Part shown: positions 17,292-20,000 of the stretch, piece after piece
Position numbering within the stretch: position 1 is the stretch's first letter
Layout: every line of letters begins with the position of its first letter
IMG/VR virus record: IMGVR_UViG_3300033463_000107
Strand: one strand, 5' to 3'
DNA length: 20,000 nt
Source: an uncultured virus (IMG/VR IMGVR_UViG_3300033463_000107)
Taxonomy: Duplodnaviria > Heunggongvirae > Uroviricota > Caudoviricetes
Notes under the pieces: model-generated
Database searches by the model: none
What the model was told of the DNA's origin: nothing
What the model saw: the letters and a program-made list of their open reading frames with translations, nothing else
Program-made: the position numbers and the translations under genes

Positions 17292-17320
17292 ACAATAACA
17301 TGTTTTTCTGTTTTCGTCAA
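17292..17320 (-). promoter_or_regulatory. Leftward promoter for the HTH-HTH-resolvase unit
   Basis: TTGACG, 17-bp spacer, TATTGT with an extended TG. Several AAAACA repeats lie around it. Confidence 0.65.
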
Positions 17321-17432
17321 TGCCTTTTTTGTTTTTCGGGAAATTTTTTGGAGCGTGGTCAGTCGAGGCTTTTTTTGTTTCGCGGGTGCGGATGGGGGTT
17401 ACTGCCCCCGCCCCCCCGCGCGCGCGCCTTCC

Positions 17433-17710
17433 CCGCAGGGCAGGCGGCAGGAAATTACACCGGCGCCTGTAAAAAACGCCGCAGGCGGCAGGCAGGCGGC
17501 AGGAAATTACACCGGCGCCTGTAAAAAAACGCCGCAGGCGGCAGGCAGGCGGCAGGAAATTACACCGGCGCCTGTAAAAACGCCGCAGGCTGCAGGCAGG
17601 CGGCAGGAAATTACACCGGCGCCTGTAAAAAACGCCGCAGGCGGCAGGCAGGCGGCAGGAAATTACACCGGCGCCTGTAAAAACGCCGCAGGCGGCAGGC
17701 AGGCGGCAGG
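17433..17710. repeat. Tandem array: 5 copies of a 51-53 bp unit plus a partial copy
   Basis: Unit GAAATTACACCGGCGCCTGT(A)5-7CGCCGCAGGCGGCAGGCAGGCGGCAG, starting at 17451, 17503, 17556, 17607 and 17659. Confidence 0.97.
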
Positions 17711-17911
17711 CGCCGCGAGTGATATCGGGAACGACGGCGGACGCGGACGGCGTCCGGCGCTTTTTCTTCCATATATGAAAAAAAATTTTCCGGCGCGGAT
17801 CGGCGACGCGGATCGACGGCGCGCGGAAAACGCCGGAAACGTCAATAAACTCAACGTTTTTTTGACTGCCTGCGGCGCGTCAAATATCGCTGTCATTCCA
17901 TAAAAAAACGC

Positions 17912-17940
17912 TTGCAATCGTCAATTATATCTGTTAAGAT
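17912..17940 (+). promoter_or_regulatory. Rightward sigma-A/70 promoter with overlapping operator-like boxes
   Basis: TTGCAA, 17-bp spacer, TAAGAT with an extended TG and an A-rich upstream element. CGTCA-N8-TG boxes at 17878, 17919 and 17949. Confidence 0.75.
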
Positions 17941-17991
17941 AATAGCGACGTCAAATATATATGACGATCAATCAAAAAGGAGGCGCGAACA

Positions 17992-18912
17992 ATGCGCACG
18001 GAATGCAGGCAAGAACGGACGGTAAACGTCGAGAGGATCCATTGCTATCATGGAGGAGATTTTGAATCAAATAAGGTTTTCGCGTCTGATCGTCCGAGCG
18101 AGACGGATTCCATGTACAGACTGCCGGACGGAACGCTTCCGGCAGTGATGGGCATCGAGGAAGAGACAGAGGGATGGGGAATCACAAACAAATACGCATA
18201 TGCGACAATCCTCCGTCACTGCTTCCGGACGTTTCCGGAGGATCTATGGAAAATTGAAAGTGACAGCACGTTGAACGGCGGCGACTGCGGCGCCGAGTGT
18301 ATAACACAACCTATGACGCGCGCATTTATCCGGAATCATTACAGGGATTTTAAGGCGATGTTTGAGCAGTTTGAATTGTTCGGAATCGACTGCGCGCGAT
18401 CCGGCAACTGCGGACAACACGTCCATATTTCATTGACGTGTTTCGGACGGACAAAAGCGACGCAGGATGAAGCCATCCGGAAGCTTTATTACATTGTAAA
18501 CCGTCATTACAGACTGATGCTTGCATTGCTTTACAGGCGCGAGGACAGGCAGAGATGGTGCGGCCGGATGGATCCGGACGTCGCATGGACAATGGATCTC
18601 GAGCGCATGGATTGCAGTCACGGGAACGGATTCAACGGGAGTCATTACATAAACGGAAACGTTGAATTGCGGATTCCTGGTGGACAGAAAAATTATCCGT
18701 GTTTCCGGAATACCATGGAAAGTATTTTTCAATTGATTGACGCGGCGAAAACCATCAGCCGTAAAGATTGCGACGACGTGACAAAGGTTTTCGCCGGATG
18801 CAATCAACATGTTTTCGATAGACTGCGGACGTATTGCAGGGAACGCGGAACGATATCGGAAGAGGAGCTCGCCGCGATCCGCAGGACCGTAAAATACGTC
18901 GATTTTAATTAA
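17992..18912 (+). CDS. Putative amidoligase (COOH-NH2 ligase type 2 / Amidoligase_2-like)
   Basis: GIEEE, WKIESDSTL, ECITQPM, NCGQHVHIS and VELR motifs in the family order. SD AAAGGAGG. Confidence 0.78.
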   Translation: MRTECRQERTVNVERIHCYHGGDFESNKVFASDRPSETDSMYRLPDGTLPAVMGIEEETEGWGITNKYAYATILRHCFRTFPEDLWKIESDSTLNGGDCGAECITQPMTRAFIRNHYRDFKAMFEQFELFGIDCARSGNCGQHVHISLTCFGRTKATQDEAIRKLYYIVNRHYRLMLALLYRREDRQRWCGRMDPDVAWTMDLERMDCSHGNGFNGSHYINGNVELRIPGGQKNYPCFRNTMESIFQLIDAAKTISRKDCDDVTKVFAGCNQHVFDRLRTYCRERGTISEEELAAIRRTVKYVDFN

Positions 18913-19024
18913 AATCCGGCAGTCGTCCGGCGGCAGGCGTCGCCGGACGTCATCCGCGCCTGCGGCACGGCGGACGCGGACGACGTCCGAAACACGGACG
19001 GAAAAAAGCGAGGAGGCGGAATCA

Positions 19025-19396
19025 ATGACAAATAGGGAGATAATTTTCATGGAATCAATGCGACTGATGGAGGCAGGCGTTCTCCATGGATCCGGCGTTT
19101 ATGCCGTCATAACGGACGCGGAAGGCGCCGAGCGCCGCGTCGAATTGCCGGAAGCCATCCATACATTCGCCGCATGGAAACGCGCCGGATACTGCGTAAA
19201 ACGCGGCGAACATGCCGTCGCATGCTTCCCCGTATGGAAATATACGGAACGTCGCCGGACGCAGGCGGAAGGCGCGGAAAACGCGGAAAACGGCGACGAG
19301 GCGCCGGACGCGGACGGATCGCAGGCAGGCGGCAGGATGTACATGCGGAAGGCGTTTTTCTTCACTGCGGCTCAGGTTGAAAAAATAACGGCGTAA
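19025..19396 (+). CDS. ArdC N-terminal-like ssDNA-binding domain protein (stand-alone)
   Basis: TFAAWKRAGYCVKRGEHA and FFFTAAQVE match the ArdC-N (DUF1738) pattern. No HExxH metalloprotease domain. Confidence 0.75.
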   Translation: MTNREIIFMESMRLMEAGVLHGSGVYAVITDAEGAERRVELPEAIHTFAAWKRAGYCVKRGEHAVACFPVWKYTERRRTQAEGAENAENGDEAPDADGSQAGGRMYMRKAFFFTAAQVEKITA

Positions 19397-19406
19397 AACG
19401 TAAAAA

Positions 19407-19440
19407 TCCGGCGCCGCGTCCGGACGGATCCGGCGCCGGA
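19407..19440. other. Intergenic inverted repeat
   Basis: TCCGGCGCCG-N14-CGGCGCCGGA, flanked by A-runs. Confidence 0.7.
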
Positions 19441-19465
19441 AAAAATACATAGGAGGATGTAAATT

Positions 19466-19639
19466 ATGCGGATCTGCTATTTTTTCGAGAGCATGGATGG
19501 CTCGACGTGTGTTTGTTTCAAGTGGCGCGGACGGACGTATTACAAGCGCTGCAATTATCTCCGAGACGGTCGTGTTAGTTGGTTTTTTGTCCGGCGTTTA
19601 TGGTACAGCGACGGACGGCTCGAAAAAATCTATGAATAA
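19466..19639 (+). CDS. Small hypothetical protein (57 aa; MRICYFFESMDGSTCVCFKWRGRTYYKR...)
   Basis: Manual translation; SD AGGAGG upstream. Confidence 0.7.
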   Translation: MRICYFFESMDGSTCVCFKWRGRTYYKRCNYLRDGRVSWFFVRRLWYSDGRLEKIYE

Positions 19640-19660
19640 TTACATGGAGGCGCGTAAAAA

Positions 19661-19999
19661 ATGAATATAGGGAACATCCGCCCGTCGTTTGACGATTTTA
19701 TGAACCTGAATTTTTATCCGGCCGACGTATGGATGACGACGGCGGACGGATACACAAAACGACTTTCCGCCGGATACTGCGGCGAAAAGCTCTCGCTCCT
19801 GCGTCCGGATTTTGTCGCGCGGAAATATAAAAATCGTTTGTTTCGCGGCGCGACGGTTTTAATTGACCATCTCGGAAATATTCAATCATATGACGCGCAT
19901 TACGGGAGATATTCCTGCGACGGATACACGATCCGTCACTTGTTCCGGTTTTTCGGTGAACGCGTCGAAAAGGATATCACAAGCGTTTACAGATGCTGA
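19661..19999 (+). CDS. Hypothetical protein (112 aa)
   Basis: SD GGAGG; co-oriented with the operon; no recognised motif. Confidence 0.7.
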   Translation: MNIGNIRPSFDDFMNLNFYPADVWMTTADGYTKRLSAGYCGEKLSLLRPDFVARKYKNRLFRGATVLIDHLGNIQSYDAHYGRYSCDGYTIRHLFRFFGERVEKDITSVYRC

Positions 20000-20000
20000 A

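Noticed and set aside
17433..17710. CRISPR array
   Set aside because: The units are head-to-tail identical with no unique spacers, and no cas genes are present.
17355..17903. 182-aa repetitive ORF over the tandem array
   Set aside because: Unit lengths of 51-53 bp shift the reading frame between copies, there is no SD, and the product is low-complexity. The repeat is best explained as non-coding.
18430..19450. Minus-strand ORFs 18430-19050 and 19055-19450
   Set aside because: They are antisense to the amidoligase-like and ArdC-like genes, which have SD sites and family motifs.
18200..19810. Frequent TCCGGA sites as a region-specific signal
   Set aside because: The same hexamer is also common in the structural genes, so it looks like a genome-wide bias; it cannot be tested without counts.

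Overview
A tailed-phage (siphovirus-type) segment, probably from a Firmicutes/Clostridia host (GGAGG Shine-Dalgarno sites, sigma-A-type promoters). Bases 1-14870 are a complete minus-strand morphogenesis module: large terminase, portal, head morphogenesis protein, scaffold, head decoration protein, a glycosyltransferase, major capsid protein, head-tail joining proteins, tail tube, tail chaperones and a >1373-aa tape measure protein that runs off the left edge and is missing from the ORF track. Bases 14875-17247 hold small minus-strand genes (Lar-family, Zn-ribbon, membrane protein, serine resolvase, two XRE-HTH proteins), with no recognisable small terminase. At ~17400 transcription switches strand across a non-coding block containing a 5 x ~52-bp tandem array. 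A plus-strand, early-type operon follows (amidoligase-like, ArdC-N-like, small ORFs). The main leads are: (i) a candidate virion-glycosylation unit, with the glycosyltransferase next to a decoration protein ending in a GAQGATGATGTT tail; (ii) the repeat array, with related motifs dispersed through the early operon; (iii) structured leaders in front of the portal and scaffold genes; (iv) a Zn-finger-like tail on the portal. All family assignments come from motif recognition by eye; no searches were run.
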